A stretch of DNA of 61,917 nt, counting the filler, from Globobulimina sp. (taxonomy: Eukaryota), in the NCBI GenBank assembly GCA_003354225.1. It is 13 parts of 13 records of this genome, joined end to end, with 100 filler letters (N's around TTAATTAATTAA, not from the genome) between each part and the next. Parts side by side here need not be neighbours in the genome. Positions count along the whole stretch, not along the records: positions 1 to 4,679 come from PIVH01001008.1; positions 4,780 to 9,455 come from PIVH01001009.1; positions 9,556 to 14,230 come from PIVH01001010.1; 10 more parts are not named here. One strand, given 5' to 3'. Position numbers and translations under genes: made by a program. The notes beneath the pieces are model-generated. The model did no database searches. It saw only the letters and a program-made list of their open reading frames with translations, and had not been told where the DNA came from. This document shows positions 1-12,364 of the stretch, in pieces; within the stretch, counting starts at the first letter, position 1; each line of letters opens with the position of its first letter.

Positions 1-32
1 AGGAAAAGAAGCAAGAAAAAAAGGAAGCAAGG

Positions 33-508
33 ATGGGCTGTTGTGCGTCATGCTGTTGTATGCAGTGTATAATGGATAGTTACTTACATATTTATATCCG
101 TGAGATTCAAAAGGCCAATTTTAAAGGCGATATCAATATAATGGGCACCGTGGACGTGTCGATTCGCGTCAAATTTAAATCCTATATGCAAGACAGTAAG
201 ATCTTAAAAGGGGAGAAGAAGACGATGTTTTTTGGCGAGCCCTTAATATTAGAAAATGCGAGCCCTGATCCAGAGTGTAAATTAATTTTAGAGATTTGGG
301 ACGTGGACCAGGCGTCGGCCGATGATTTATTAGCCATTATGGCGAGAATTATGGTGAACGAAAAGTGGAATTAAAGGATCCTAAATCGGGTGATATCAAT
401 GGCGAGCTTACCATTGAACAGTTACATTTTATCAAACAGAAAGTGAAAAGATATATGGGTCCATGTAAATGTTGTTGTTGTTGTTTAGAGAGAGGAGTTG
501 CAGAATAA
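33..508 (+). CDS. C2-domain protein with Cys-rich termini, frameshifted near 335-350 (possibly 5' partial)
   Basis: C2-like segment (LHIYIREIQKANF...LILEIWDVDQASADDLL). The frame stops at 374, but the -1 frame continues YGERKVELKDPKSGDINGELTIE...CKCCCCCLERGVAE to TAA at 506-508. Confidence 0.55.
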
Positions 509-990
509 ATAAAAGTAAATTAAAATATTGTATATAACACTAAAGCTTTTTATCTCTCTTTCAAATTATTTATGTTTTATGTTTTCTGGCCTTGCGTGGT
601 TTTTGTTGTATATTCATAAACATTTTGTTTTTTTTTGCTGTGTTGAAAGTTCATGTTGCGCTTTAAGCGTTTTTTCGTTTGTTCAAATTTCTTTAAATAA
701 CGCCGGCCGCTTTTTATTTTATAGCTCATTACGAAAGTTTCCAAAATAATTGAGCGCGGAAACAGTTTTGTAATACGAAATATGGACAAAAAAACGTTTC
801 TATCGTCCTTGTTCTATCTCAAAATGTATTTGGTTTCAAATACAGAAAAGAATATATTTATAAAAGTCAAATGAATTATTGTCAATATACAAAATTAACA
901 AATGCTTATTTACGACGACTTTGCCGATTAGAAATACAATATCGAATAACTAGAAACAAAGATGACGATAATTCGATAAATACTTAAACA

Positions 991-2294
991 TTATCTTATT
1001 TTAAAGGCCCTGAGTGTAGTGACAAAGACAGGCATCACAAACCATAAATATATAAATCCGATCACATCATAAATATAAACGTGTCCATCAAATATCTCAA
1101 TGATCATCCAAACGATGGCAATTAATAGCAATGCGGACTGAAACCATAAATAATATCTCATTCTCTTATCCAATACATTACTGTTTAACGCATCCCCTTG
1201 GAATCTTTTATAAAAATACATAAACAGCAGAAAGCCATAAACCACTGCCATTATTTCATACGGCACCCAATCATGACATATATTATAATGCGTATATTCG
1301 TCATAATATTCCGGTTCATATATACATCTCCAATGCGCTAAAAAATGCCCTAAAAGCACTATAACGCAGATTACAAATTGTATGAGAGAGGTCAATACCA
1401 AATACCTCCACGGATTCATATGTGTGCCATACAACCCGTTGAAATCATTTTGAATGTAATAATATTCCCAATCTACAATCACTGTCATGGTGATAATGCT
1501 TAATGTTATCGCAGCAATCGGCAATGCCCAACTACCAGACGGCGTTGCTGTGGTTATTGCAAATAATTGTTACATATTACAGATATACTATACGTTGAGC
1601 TGTAATGTGTAGAAATTATTTTGCTGTCATTACCTAACAATATACCAAACCATACATATAAAAAAATAACAAAATACCATCCTTGCGTTAAATCCTTGCC
1701 ATTTTTATAATTGATACGGCCACAACAAAACTGCAGATTTATCACCAATGGACGCCGTGGATGATCACGGTTTTTTTTCCATATTATCAAGTCAAATATT
1801 AATAATATCACTGCCCATAATGATGGAACGAATAAACCGCCAAAATATGCTACACCGATACCTGGAAAACCCACAAATATGCTGTGGTTTTTAGATATTG
1901 TATATATTATTTGGATGGTTGCTATTTGGATATATGTTATATGTATGTATCGTAACTATGAAATGCCAATAAAACCCCATATAATGCAAATAAATAAACA
2001 TATAAAATATCCCAGCATAAAATAAAAATATAAAAATCTGGTAACTCGTGGTTGTGACAAACGAGGAGTTGAATTGTTTAAGCCAGCATCGAGTAGCCCA
2101 CTTTGTTGGACATCTTCGTTAGTTTCGAGTAACCCACTCCCAACATCTAATATTTTAGTATCGAGTAATCCGCTTTGTTGGAGATCTTCGTTCGCGTTTC
2201 CTGACTTTGAAGATTCCGATACATCCCTTGTTCGCTGCGGTTCTTCTTCTTCTTCATTTGCATTTGCTGTTTCTTTATTATCTAAGTCTGACAT
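991..2294 (-). CDS. Multi-pass membrane protein, unknown family, 3 exons
   Basis: Three consecutive hydrophobic minus-strand ORFs; a GT-AG intron near 1550-1633 joins two of them in frame (GILL-ATPSGSWALPI). Acidic N-terminus contains a repeated QQSGLLD. Confidence 0.6.
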
Positions 2295-2424
2295 GCTAAA
2301 AGTTAGTGTGTTTTTAAAAATTGTTTTTCATTTTTTGGCTGCGTACTAACTCATCCTTCCAACATTTGCGTCATCTTGGAAGTGTGCAATTGATCCATTA
2401 AACCGAATACAATAACCAACCGTG

Positions 2425-3238
2425 ATGGCGTTTTTCCAACAAAACAAAGGCAATCAAAACCAGAACCAAAACAACAACCAATTTGGAATGAACCAACCAA
2501 ACCAACCACCAAACCAACAATTAAACAGACAAAACGCGCCTCAGTTTAAATTAGTATTAGTTGGCGACGGCGGTGTTGGTAAAACTACCTTCGTTAAACG
2601 GCATAAATCTGGAGAATTCGAGAAGAAATACGTCGGTATGTTGACTAATGTTTTATTTATCCATCCTTGCACTGCACATAAAATAACAAAAAAAACCGCA
2701 ATTTTTAGCAACTTTAGGAGTCGAAGTCCATCCTTTAACATTTTTCACCTCGTTGGGAGCCATAATCTATAATTGTTGGGACACGGCAGGCCAAGAAAAA
2801 TTTGGTGGTTTACGCGATGGCTATTATGTGGGCGGCAAAGCAGCCATAATTATGTTCGATGTGACCTCGCGGATCACTTACAAATCCGTCTCTGTCTGGC
2901 ATCGAGATTTAACGCGCGTTTGTGAGAATATTCCGATTGTTTTATGTGGCAATAAGGTGGACGTTAAAGACCGAAAAGTCAAACCAAAACATATCGTGTT
3001 TCATCGAAAAAAGCCAAATATACAATATTATGACATTTCGGCCAAATCAAATTACAATTTTGAGAAACCATTCTTATGGATAACGAGGAAATTGACTGGT
3101 AATCAAAATGTTAAATTCGTAGCGGAGCCGGCCATGCAACCCAAAGACCTTGAAATGGATCCAAAATTAGCTGAGCAATATGCAAATGAATTGGAATTGG
3201 CAAATAAAGCACCATTACCCGATGATGATGAATTATAA
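2425..3238 (+). CDS. RAN: Ran GTPase with Q/N-rich N-terminal extension; intron 2636-2708
   Basis: [20 protein letters not shown], spliced [49 protein letters not shown] and acidic tail LPDDDEL. Confidence 0.97.
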
Positions 3239-3584
3239 TTACAATCAAATGGTCAATATGCATATGGATCGAATAGAATCAACACATATCACTCAAAATT
3301 CTTTTGCTTTTTTTCCGTTCTATGTTTGACAGCAATCTGTTTGTTTTTTTTTAATATTATTAATAATTTGGGTATTCTCCTTGTTTCAATTTAATTTCAA
3401 ATGCAAAACACAAAAAAAATACTCAACGACTGAGTCAATGCATTTATGCGCTCTGTGTTCGTTAATAAGCCATTTGTAATTTATAAAAAAAACGTTAACT
3501 ATAATAATTATAATAAATAAACCAAACACCAAAAATACACCAATATAATCATTCTTAAAGTTTTGAAGAAGAAGTTTTTGATCA

Positions 3585-4355
3585 TCAGTCTAAAGCTAGT
3601 AACATGCCCAAATCATCACTTGATTGACTGGAGGTTGTTGACAATCGTCTTGTATATTGCCTTGTGAATAGCCTCTCCTCATCACCGGCTAAATCCACCC
3701 TTTTCCTGTACCAAACATATTCATCTTTATTGTGATGGTATTGCATAGCATGCGCATAACGAATTTGTTTGAATATGCTCGCAAACTCATCCAATGCTTT
3801 ATTCCTCAAATCAATGCTTTTTTTTGTTTTGTTTAATTGCAATCCTAATGAACCAATGTCGGTATGTTTTATTGATAAAAAATGATCATTGTTTTCTTGT
3901 ACATCGTTATATTCATCGTCATCTCCAGAATAATTACCATCCTCCAACAACGCAAATAGTTTATCCATTTCCCATTGACATTCATCAGCTTGTCCGACTA
4001 CATTATTTTTAAAATTATTGTATCTTTTCTCGAGTACAAAATTATCAGTGGACAGTCCATCAATCTGTTTATCAATTTGCACGATGGACTTCTTGCTCTC
4101 TTCCATTGCTGTGCTTAATTGACGATTATAATCATGAATATGTGCCAATACACCTTTTGAAGTATGCGCATTGTTTACTACCATTTGTAAATCCTGTATT
4201 CTTTCATTATCACGATTTTTATATTCCTCTTCAATATTTTCTATTGTATTCATCAATACATCGAGTTTATGTGATTCATTGTCTCCTTCTGGGCTTAGAA
4301 ATTGTTCTAACTGAATCCGTTTACATTGTTGCCCAGTTGACATGGCTCTTTCCAC
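3585..4355 (-). CDS. Hypothetical coiled-coil protein (probably a 3' fragment)
   Basis: 256-aa ORF with heptad-like, charged composition; starts at a non-ATG codon. Confidence 0.5.
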   Translation of the reverse strand: MERAMSTGQQCKRIQLEQFLSPEGDNESHKLDVLMNTIENIEEEYKNRDNERIQDLQMVVNNAHTSKGVLAHIHDYNRQLSTAMEESKKSIVQIDKQIDGLSTDNFVLEKRYNNFKNNVVGQADECQWEMDKLFALLEDGNYSGDDDEYNDVQENNDHFLSIKHTDIGSLGLQLNKTKKSIDLRNKALDEFASIFKQIRYAHAMQYHHNKDEYVWYRKRVDLAGDEERLFTRQYTRRLSTTSSQSSDDLGMLLALD

Positions 4356-4402
4356 AGAAACGATAAGATTTTGTGACCCTCACTTTACAACCAATTACCA
4401 AC

Positions 4403-4660
4403 ATGTCCAAATATTCAACAATAGTCTCGATTGTATATGCTGTGATTTATGGATTGGCATTTACGATTTATTCATTTATTCAAACAGCAACACAGTCAAT
4501 GTGGGAACCAGCAAATGATAAAAATAAAGAGAAAGAATCAAACACCAAACATAATGATACTAATAAACAAATGGAATTAAATATTATTCAAAAAGAAGAA
4601 GAAAAAGAAGAAGAAACCGCTACAATACCATCATTGAGTATGTTTAGATTTAAATATTAA
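4403..4660 (+). CDS. Hypothetical protein with N-terminal TM helix (partial)
   Basis: MSKYSTIVSIVYAVIYGLAF followed by a charged tail; ends near the contig end. Confidence 0.4.
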   Translation: MSKYSTIVSIVYAVIYGLAFTIYSFIQTATQSMWEPANDKNKEKESNTKHNDTNKQMELNIIQKEEEKEEETATIPSLSMFRFKY

Positions 4661-4679
4661 TTTTTTGCATTTATGTGGC

Positions 4680-4779
4680 NNNNNNNNNNNNNNNNNNNNN
4701 NNNNNNNNNNNNNNNNNNNNNNNTTAATTAATTAANNNNNNNNNNNNNNNNNNNNNNNNNNNNNNNNNNNNNNNNNNNN
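4680..4779. other. Artificial contig linker (44 N + TTAATTAATTAA + 44 N); first of 12
   Basis: Identical 100-nt linkers also at 9456-9555, 14231-14330, 19005-19104, 23776-23875, 28547-28646, 33318-33417, 38088-38187, 42858-42957, 47623-47722, 52388-52487 and 57153-57252. Contig lengths fall from 4679 to 4665 nt. Confidence 0.99.
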
Positions 4780-5206
4780 CAAAATCCAATAAACTCATGG
4801 TTTCTTTAAGTACTAGTAGTTCAAAATTCAGTCTAGCTTAACGATATATTCCAAAAGAAAACACCTCCCCCTGGTCGACAAGTTACCATGAGTTTTGATA
4901 CACGTCATACACCACCTCCCACTTAGTATATACATCAATCAATATAAAGTTTGCATAAATCATATACAAATATCGACTATGGTGGGTTACATATTAAAAC
5001 GCAAAGTTATAACAAATCCAGTACAAATCCAAGACAAATCTATAGCAAACCGTTTCTGGATTTGCAAACCGTTTCTCAGATAATTGAAAAAAAATGTATA
5101 CAACTTGTCGACCAGGGGAGGGAGTTGTCTTTTGGAATATATCGTTAAGCTAGACTGAATTTTGAACTACTAGTACTTAAAGAAACCATGAGTTTATTGG
5201 ATTTTG
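4780..5206. repeat. About 105-bp inverted repeat (4780-4884 vs 5102-5206) at contig start
   Basis: caaaatccaataaactcatggtttctttaag...gtcgacaagtt is the reverse complement of 5102-5206, with about 4 mismatches. It includes the ACAD start codon. Confidence 0.92.
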
Positions 5207-6445
5207 AACATCAACTATCACCTTATTATCACAAAGGACATCTGGAATACAGAGCATATTGCCGTAAATTTGTAGAAGAAAATCTAAAACCAAACGTTGA
5301 ATACTGGATCATGAAAAAAGGCTCATTTGACATCCGTACATATAGCAAGACACTCGCAGAATATGGCGGTTTGTGGTTTTTCCCATTCGGTCATTGTAAT
5401 GTAACATGGCATGGATATGAATGGGATCCATTTTATCAAATAGTATTTTATCAAGAATTTGCAAAAGTGGCATTCCTCACTAAATCTCATATTCATCGTA
5501 TATGCATTGATCCAATTCAACATTTTGGGACATCCTTAGTTCATAAAACCGCATTAAAACAAATATCTTTAGGAAATAAATTAATTTGTCTTGCCATCAG
5601 TGAGCTAAGTGGTGGATCAGATGTTAAATCTATTAAAACCACAGCAAAGTTATGCGCAGATGGAAAAAATTATATTGTGAATGGTAATAAATATTGGATA
5701 ACTGCAGGATTGCGAGCTGATTATTTTGTCACTGCAGTTCGAACTGGAACAGTGGCAGACGGAAGAAATGGTGTTTCATTGTTTTTAATTCCAAGATGCA
5801 AAGGTGTATATACATCAAGATTACCATTACAAGGCTTACATTTAAGGTACAATATATTGTATATGTTGCTATTATATGGTTATGAAATATATGTATAGTG
5901 ATACTGCAACAGTAACGTTTGTAAATGTTGTCATTCCGAAAGAGAATATTATCGGCGGATTGAATAAAGGATGGAAGCCATTGATGATTAATTTTAATTT
6001 GGAGAGATTTTGTATTTGTTGTGATGTGATATCTTATTGTATTGTATGTGTGGAGGAGGCAATTAAATGGGCATCAAAACGGAAAACGTTTGGTAGGAAA
6101 TTAATAAATCATCAAGTTATACGACATAAAATTGCGAATATGTCAAGAAAAGTCATTGCTTGTCAATCTTTATTGGAAAGAGTAGCGTATCAATTAAAAA
6201 ATGACCGTCATATGGAATATGATAAGTCCATTGCAAGGAATATTGCGTTGTTAAAAGTGAATGCTACAGAAACATTTCAATACTGTACAATCGAAGCTAG
6301 TCAGATATTTGGTGGTAGATCGTATGTGAAAGGTGGAATTGCGGCAAAAATTGAGAGACTATATAGATATGTTCGAGCGACATCTATTTATGGTGGATCT
6401 GCAGAAATTATGTTAAATCTAGCAATGAAACAAGCAAAACTATGA
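5188..6445 (+). CDS. Acyl-CoA dehydrogenase; intron 5847-5898
   Basis: CLAISELSGGSDV, YIVNGNKYWITAG, FNLER, RKTFGRKLINHQVIRHKIA, QIFGGRSY and SIYGGSAEIM motifs. Confidence 0.95.
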
Positions 6446-6763
6446 TATCTACACTTTGGTGAATGGTCATTGATTACTAACACAATTTGCAAGAATATAA
6501 CCATTTCTCTTTATAACCACTAGCTTTCCATCCTTTGGATCCGTAGTAATGAATTCTTGTAGTAACGTATTGGCTGTTTGTAGAGGTGAAAAAAAGACAG
6601 CATACGGTTACACGTGGCGTTTTCATCAGATAAGCCAAACATAATTATATTTTTGTCTTTTGTCACAGACTCACAGCTGAATTAATAATGCATAAAAATA
6701 ATCATAATTAACTAATAATACCATTTCCTATAGTGTTTTTAGACTAAAAACTAACTTTACCTG

Positions 6764-9455
6764 ATGCGACGCTCATTAATACTAAACATACTGTGTCCAT
6801 CAGGACGCAACATAATAATATGCGTCGTGGTATTAATGCTATTCATCTCAACCTTAGTCACCTTTTTATTATTTGATGACATTACAAGTTCCTCAATCTC
6901 AATAATTTATCACATACACAGTGATATTCCACATCCTGCCATCACCGACATTCTATACACAAATCACACTGTCAACCAGCACAACCACACTGACAGCGCC
7001 AACACCAAATACAAAAGCAGCGAATTCTCCATACTGAACATTTTCGATTACGGCAATAATGACATTTTTGAAAATGGAAAGTCATTCTCTCAAATCATGC
7101 ACGATCAATTTCGCCCCTCTTTACAGAATCTATTGCCATCCATGAATGACACACAAATGTTCCTCAATGACATGAACCTCAATAACCATAACCGCCACAA
7201 TAACAATAATATCAATAAACATTTCCAATGGTATAGCTCCAAACCAATCCCATACATTTTAGCCAACAAATTGAACATAAATAAATATCAAACTGTATCC
7301 ACCAAATTGATCTATCACCCAACATTGCAGCATTTCCTTTTAATTGTAATCTCGCAATGCAATAAAAAAAACGCGCATAAATGGTGCATGGATATCTATG
7401 AACGCGACGCCAAACCATTTCTGTGGAAGTATGCGTTTGATACGAAATATTTATATCAAAGTAAGAACAAAACCGCTCAAAACGATGAGTCTGACTCTCA
7501 AAAGCAAACTGAACAAAATAAATCATGGTTTGAGTCGTGTTGGGAAATGATTGCCTACGCAGCAGAGCTGATTGTCGCCGATTTGAAAGCCATTGGTTTT
7601 GACATTTCGATGGGCTTTGATAGTTTGAATGAATTAAGCCATATTTTGCAAGAAATTATACTCAAGGAATCCACGCAAAATCCGTCCTTTGAAGTTACGT
7701 TTTTTCCCATAATTATTGCATTTTTAACGTAAGTTGTAATATGTATTCTGTCTGAAATATACTACATAGAATGAAGGGGCTGGGTTGATTGAGGCGGATT
7801 TATTAAAAAATAATATTGAAAAATATATCTTTAAGAAAAGCGAAATTTATCAGTCATATTATGATGTCCATGCGGATAAAATCAAGGTTGTGTATACCGA
7901 CTGGTATCATACATACAGTACGGAGATAAATGGGGTATTCAATGATGCAGAATCATTACTGAAATGGTCCTCCGATTATCAATATTTGCTAATCAACGGC
8001 TATGTCGATGGCCAATCGGAATTACATTTATTTGAGTTTGCGATTATGGATAATAACAACTCTATGCATAGGATGAAAAATGATGAAATTATGAAAAAAC
8101 ATCATTTAAAAAACACCAAAATGAGCGAGGAATTGTTAGACAAATTGCAAGATTATGGATATTATACATCTTCTTCGTTAGACACCATTTATGGCGTAAA
8201 AACACACCAATTCAGTAACAAACACATAGCACATTACAACAACGACAATATGTATGCAAAACTCACTGCATTGACATTCAGCAAATGCAGCATTTATTAT
8301 GCGGTACAAAATGATTACAAACTTATCCGCGCCGTTAAATTGCACGATATATTCACAAATATCCATACAGAGCACTGCAATCATGAAGAAAATCAATATA
8401 CCGATACAAAAAATGCTTTCTTCCCCGCTCGTAATGACAATACGTCACACTACGAATACACGGACAGCTTAACAGAGCTCACAATGGCATTGACCCGCCG
8501 ACGATGCGCAGATTGCACCAATGAAATATCCGACATCCAAGTCATAAACGAGTCCACCTTATTAATCACACAAATAGTTTCACATAATTCCTATTACAAA
8601 TCCTATACAACCTCTTTGGTGCATATCCCGTTCACATACCAACACAGCACAAGCTGCAAAAGCGAAACCTCCGCAAACCGCGATCGCGAACTCCGTTGGT
8701 ACATTATAGAGAGCAGAGGTTTATATCGCGACCAATTGAACAGCAAACAATATTATTACAAGCACGACAATGTAGGCCATAACAGCAACAATTACAAATC
8801 CGACCGCTTCGGAGCGTGGATGTCGAGTATCCATCCATCGCAGTCCCAGCTTAACGTGAAAAGAGAGCGCAAAAAGGAGAATAAATTACACTTTCAACCG
8901 TCTTTATTCCTCTCCAAATCGCAGGACGAGTCCTCCGCAGTCATCACCGCCACACCGTACTTCATCTCATTAAACGACCAAAACACCTTTGACGACACGG
9001 TGGAGATCGTCAACATTAAACCGATGACAACTTTCACCCAATCTGCGCTGAATAAGCAAGGCGATTTGTTGGCGATTCTGGACAATACCGACTCCATTTT
9101 GGTTTTGAAGAAGAAAAAACAAGATATCTATTCATTGTCCTTCGAGGAATTGGCTGAAAACATTACTTTCAACAACTCCAATGCCACGGTACTCAATTCT
9201 GTCATGACACAGTCGTTCAATGAGTTTCTGGTCAAAACTGGTATAAAATCAGTTGACAGTGATTTGGTATTAATCAACGACACTATGATGACCATACTAT
9301 CCCAATTTATCCGTAACGAGTTGCTGGAGAAACAGAAGGAGAAACAGCACGAAGTAGAATGGAAAGTGTCCTCCGAATTCACCGCAACGTCGATAATGTC
9401 GCATTTAAAGCCGTTGAATATCATTTGTATCGATGACGATACAGAGCCGGGTATT
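6764..9455 (+). CDS. Large hypothetical protein with N-terminal TM anchor, 2 or more exons, 3' partial
   Basis: 322-aa and 572-aa ORFs on the same strand separated by an intron-sized AT-rich gap (about 7693-7769). Confidence 0.6.
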
Positions 9456-9555
9456 NNNNNNNNNNNNNNNNNNNNNNNNNNNNNNNNNNNNNNNNNNNNT
9501 TAATTAATTAANNNNNNNNNNNNNNNNNNNNNNNNNNNNNNNNNNNNNNNNNNNN

Positions 9556-9818
9556 GGTGGGGATAAGGATGGACGTTTATGGCCGTATCCTTCGTTGGGT
9601 TGATGGGGATTGTTATTGTTTCTTGATCGACTCCGATCATCTGCTCTGTTATCTGCTCTGTGTCTATCACGATGACGGTTATTGCGTAGAAAATTATTGT
9701 TTGGATGGTTTGGATTTACTGGCGGTGGCGGCACTGCATTGTATGTATAAGGTGTATTTTGATAGGATCCTGCTTCTAGCATACGATCAATGGCATCTCC
9801 TCCAAATCGGTTTTGCAT
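9556..9818 (-). CDS. N-terminal low-complexity fragment of an unknown protein
   Basis: ATG at 9818; P/N/R-rich ORF runs into the linker. Confidence 0.45.
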
Positions 9819-9833
9819 GATTGATGACTAAGA

Positions 9834-9960
9834 TGCGTAAATGGATAAAATTCTTAATTCGAAAAATTGCCTCAGATAATTTATATAAATCGCGAAAATT
9901 GCGAAAATTTCCAGAAATTTATTTTTGGGCAAATATTTTTCGAATTAAGAATTTTACGCA
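9834..9960. repeat. Intergenic hairpin, possible MITE-like inverted repeat
   Basis: Perfect 21-bp arms at 9846-9866 and 9936-9956, plus outer tgcgtaa/ttacgca and inner ttgcc/ggcaa pairs. Confidence 0.75.
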
Positions 9961-10020
9961 ACTGCTCTAAGCAAAATAAATTAAAACAAATAATAATAAA
10001 AATTAAACAATTTATGACAT

Positions 10021-11061
10021 TTATGACATGTTTTTCTGAATCATTTCAATAATTTCTTGAAACGTTGGTCTTTGCAATCGATCATGATTCCAACATTTGC
10101 AAACCAATTGTTTTAGAAATGGTGGAGAATGTTGAGGTAATTGTGGCAAATTATTCTGTACAATACATTTTTTAATCTCATTTAAATCATTATTTAAATT
10201 GTAAAAAGGTTGTTTTTTTGTGATTAATCCGTATAAAATGAAGCCAAATGCCCAGACATCAGATTGTGTTTTAATAGGTTTGCCCTGAAAATAGTCCCTA
10301 TCCATCCAATAGCCATCAAAATTACAATTTGGTAAAAAAACAGTCATCGTCTTTTTCAATGATATTAAGCCAATATCTGTAATTTTTACATTCATTTCAT
10401 TATCAAACAATATATTGCGAGACTTTAGATGGCCGTGCGGTATTTTAACGACATCATGCAACCAAAACATGAAATTCGCAATTTGTAATATCATTCGTTT
10501 AATAACATGCATGGCAAAGGGTGTATCTTTTGGGCTCATTGTGATAATGTCATATAAGGAGCCGCCCGAATACCACGGACTGAATATCCGCAATGTCCGC
10601 AAATTCACATTATTATCCAAATTATATATTAATCCTAAATGATCATGCTTTAACTTCTTAAATTTTAACAAATTCTCATATATCGGTTCTAACATTGATT
10701 TCTCGATAGATTCACATTCAAATACTTTTAAACAAAATAATTCATCATCCTCATCGCCACTGTTATCGTCATTGTTATTTTCATTTTCATTTTGTTTTTG
10801 TTCAGCTTTATAAGTTGATCTATGCGTTGAATAATAGCCGGTATAATTTAAACAAACATATGTTGGAATTATTAAATTTGAGTCAATTATAATGCGATTA
10901 AAATTGAACTGATAATTATGATCACTAATATTGATTATTTGCTTTTTATTTTTAAATATTTTGGTTGTGGTTGTATTGAATTCGTCTCTCGATAATAGTC
11001 GCGAATGTGGACCTGGTCGATTTATTGAGGACATGCTATTGGACACTATATATATACACAA
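10021..11061 (-). CDS. TKL-like pseudokinase (may have upstream exons)
   Basis: CLKVF, GGSLYD, IPHGHLKSRNILFD (HRD absent), TDIG, SDVWAFG, CWNHDRLQRPTF. Confidence 0.8.
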   Translation of the reverse strand: MCIYIVSNSMSSINRPGPHSRLLSRDEFNTTTTKIFKNKKQIINISDHNYQFNFNRIIIDSNLIIPTYVCLNYTGYYSTHRSTYKAEQKQNENENNNDDNSGDEDDELFCLKVFECESIEKSMLEPIYENLLKFKKLKHDHLGLIYNLDNNVNLRTLRIFSPWYSGGSLYDIITMSPKDTPFAMHVIKRMILQIANFMFWLHDVVKIPHGHLKSRNILFDNEMNVKITDIGLISLKKTMTVFLPNCNFDGYWMDRDYFQGKPIKTQSDVWAFGFILYGLITKKQPFYNLNNDLNEIKKCIVQNNLPQLPQHSPPFLKQLVCKCWNHDRLQRPTFQEIIEMIQKNMS

Positions 11062-11236
11062 TATATGTACAAACCGTTATCATTATTACTATTTGGAGAC
11101 GGTGCAGTATCTGATATCAATGAGTTATAATTTGAATGATAACTCTTTGTTTTGGAAGAGAAAGGTTTCATATTCACAAATGCTATTTTATTTATATAAT
11201 GTAGTTGTTAATAATAGTATATATTATATATATATC

Positions 11237-12244
11237 TTAACGCTTAAATTCTAGCTCTGAATTGTTTGGGTTGTCATCCCCCATCAAACGCGGATCATCA
11301 ATCAAACGCGGGTCGTGCGCCAATGCTGATCTTTGATTTCGAAGCCATAAATCTCTCCAATTGACAAAGGCCATCAATAAGAAACCCATCCGATGCCAAT
11401 CCGAGGTATAAATCAATGGCAATATTTCAGAGAAGACAAGGCATATAGCCACAGATAAGGAAAACCAAATATAATCATCTCTTTTCATCCAATCGCCACT
11501 ATTTAAGGTCCATATTGATGTCATAGCGCCGGATATTAATTGTCCAATGGTCCAAACTAAAACAACATAAAACATTCGTACCGTTTGTTGTTTCCATACA
11601 TTATTTAAATAAGGAAAACCTGCAAAACGTATCACCAACAATATATACACTAGAAATGCAAACAATGGGATGACAAATGTCATAATATATAAAGAGGTAT
11701 AAAGAGCTGTGATAAAATCAACATTTCCGGTAACAATGGCCCATATAAATATAAATATCAATGCAGATAATATTAATGATATAACAGTGGTCCATACAAT
11801 TTTCCACACACAATTATATCTATCATGTTGTATTAAATATTGATCGCGCGAAAACATAGTAATTTCGATCCAAATACATATTAATACCATATACGTAAAC
11901 ATAAATATGAATGTTGGTATCATATACAATGAATTCATTATTACATCTTTCACAAATTGCTGTGTATCTGGACCTAAAATATCTCCTTCGTATATTAAAA
12001 AATGTAAAACAAAACTAAATGCGCGCAATAACGGCACTATTAATAAAGATAAGCAAAATATTTTCAATGTATTCCAATTTCTGGTCTCACGAAATACACG
12101 TTTTACACCTCGCCATACAAGAAACACGACAATAATGTACAACATTCCAAGAAACAGTGCAGATACTCCCAGATGTTGCATTAGTCGATCGGTTCGAAAT
12201 TCAACATCTGTTTTATCGTTCCACCTAAACTTAGCTAGTGACAT
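11237..12244 (-). CDS. 7-TM protein, THH1/TOM1/TOM3-like
   Basis: Intronless 335 aa with 7 hydrophobic helices; IPTFIFMFTYMVLICIW and SEILP resemble the TOM1/GPR137 family. Confidence 0.65.
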   Translation of the reverse strand: MSLAKFRWNDKTDVEFRTDRLMQHLGVSALFLGMLYIIVVFLVWRGVKRVFRETRNWNTLKIFCLSLLIVPLLRAFSFVLHFLIYEGDILGPDTQQFVKDVIMNSLYMIPTFIFMFTYMVLICIWIEITMFSRDQYLIQHDRYNCVWKIVWTTVISLILSALIFIFIWAIVTGNVDFITALYTSLYIMTFVIPLFAFLVYILLVIRFAGFPYLNNVWKQQTVRMFYVVLVWTIGQLISGAMTSIWTLNSGDWMKRDDYIWFSLSVAICLVFSEILPLIYTSDWHRMGFLLMAFVNWRDLWLRNQRSALAHDPRLIDDPRLMGDDNPNNSELEFKR

Positions 12245-12364
12245 TGTTTACCACCAACTGAAGTAGAAAAAAAACAGTTTTTATATAAGATGCTCGAATT
12301 CATTTCATGCCACATTAAATAAATAAATAAATAAATTCATAACATTTTTCTACAAAATCATTCA

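Noticed and set aside
4724-4735. Recurrent TTAATTAATTAA at about 4.77-kb spacing, resembling a periodic repeat or telomere
   Set aside because: It is a six-frame stop linker always embedded in Ns.
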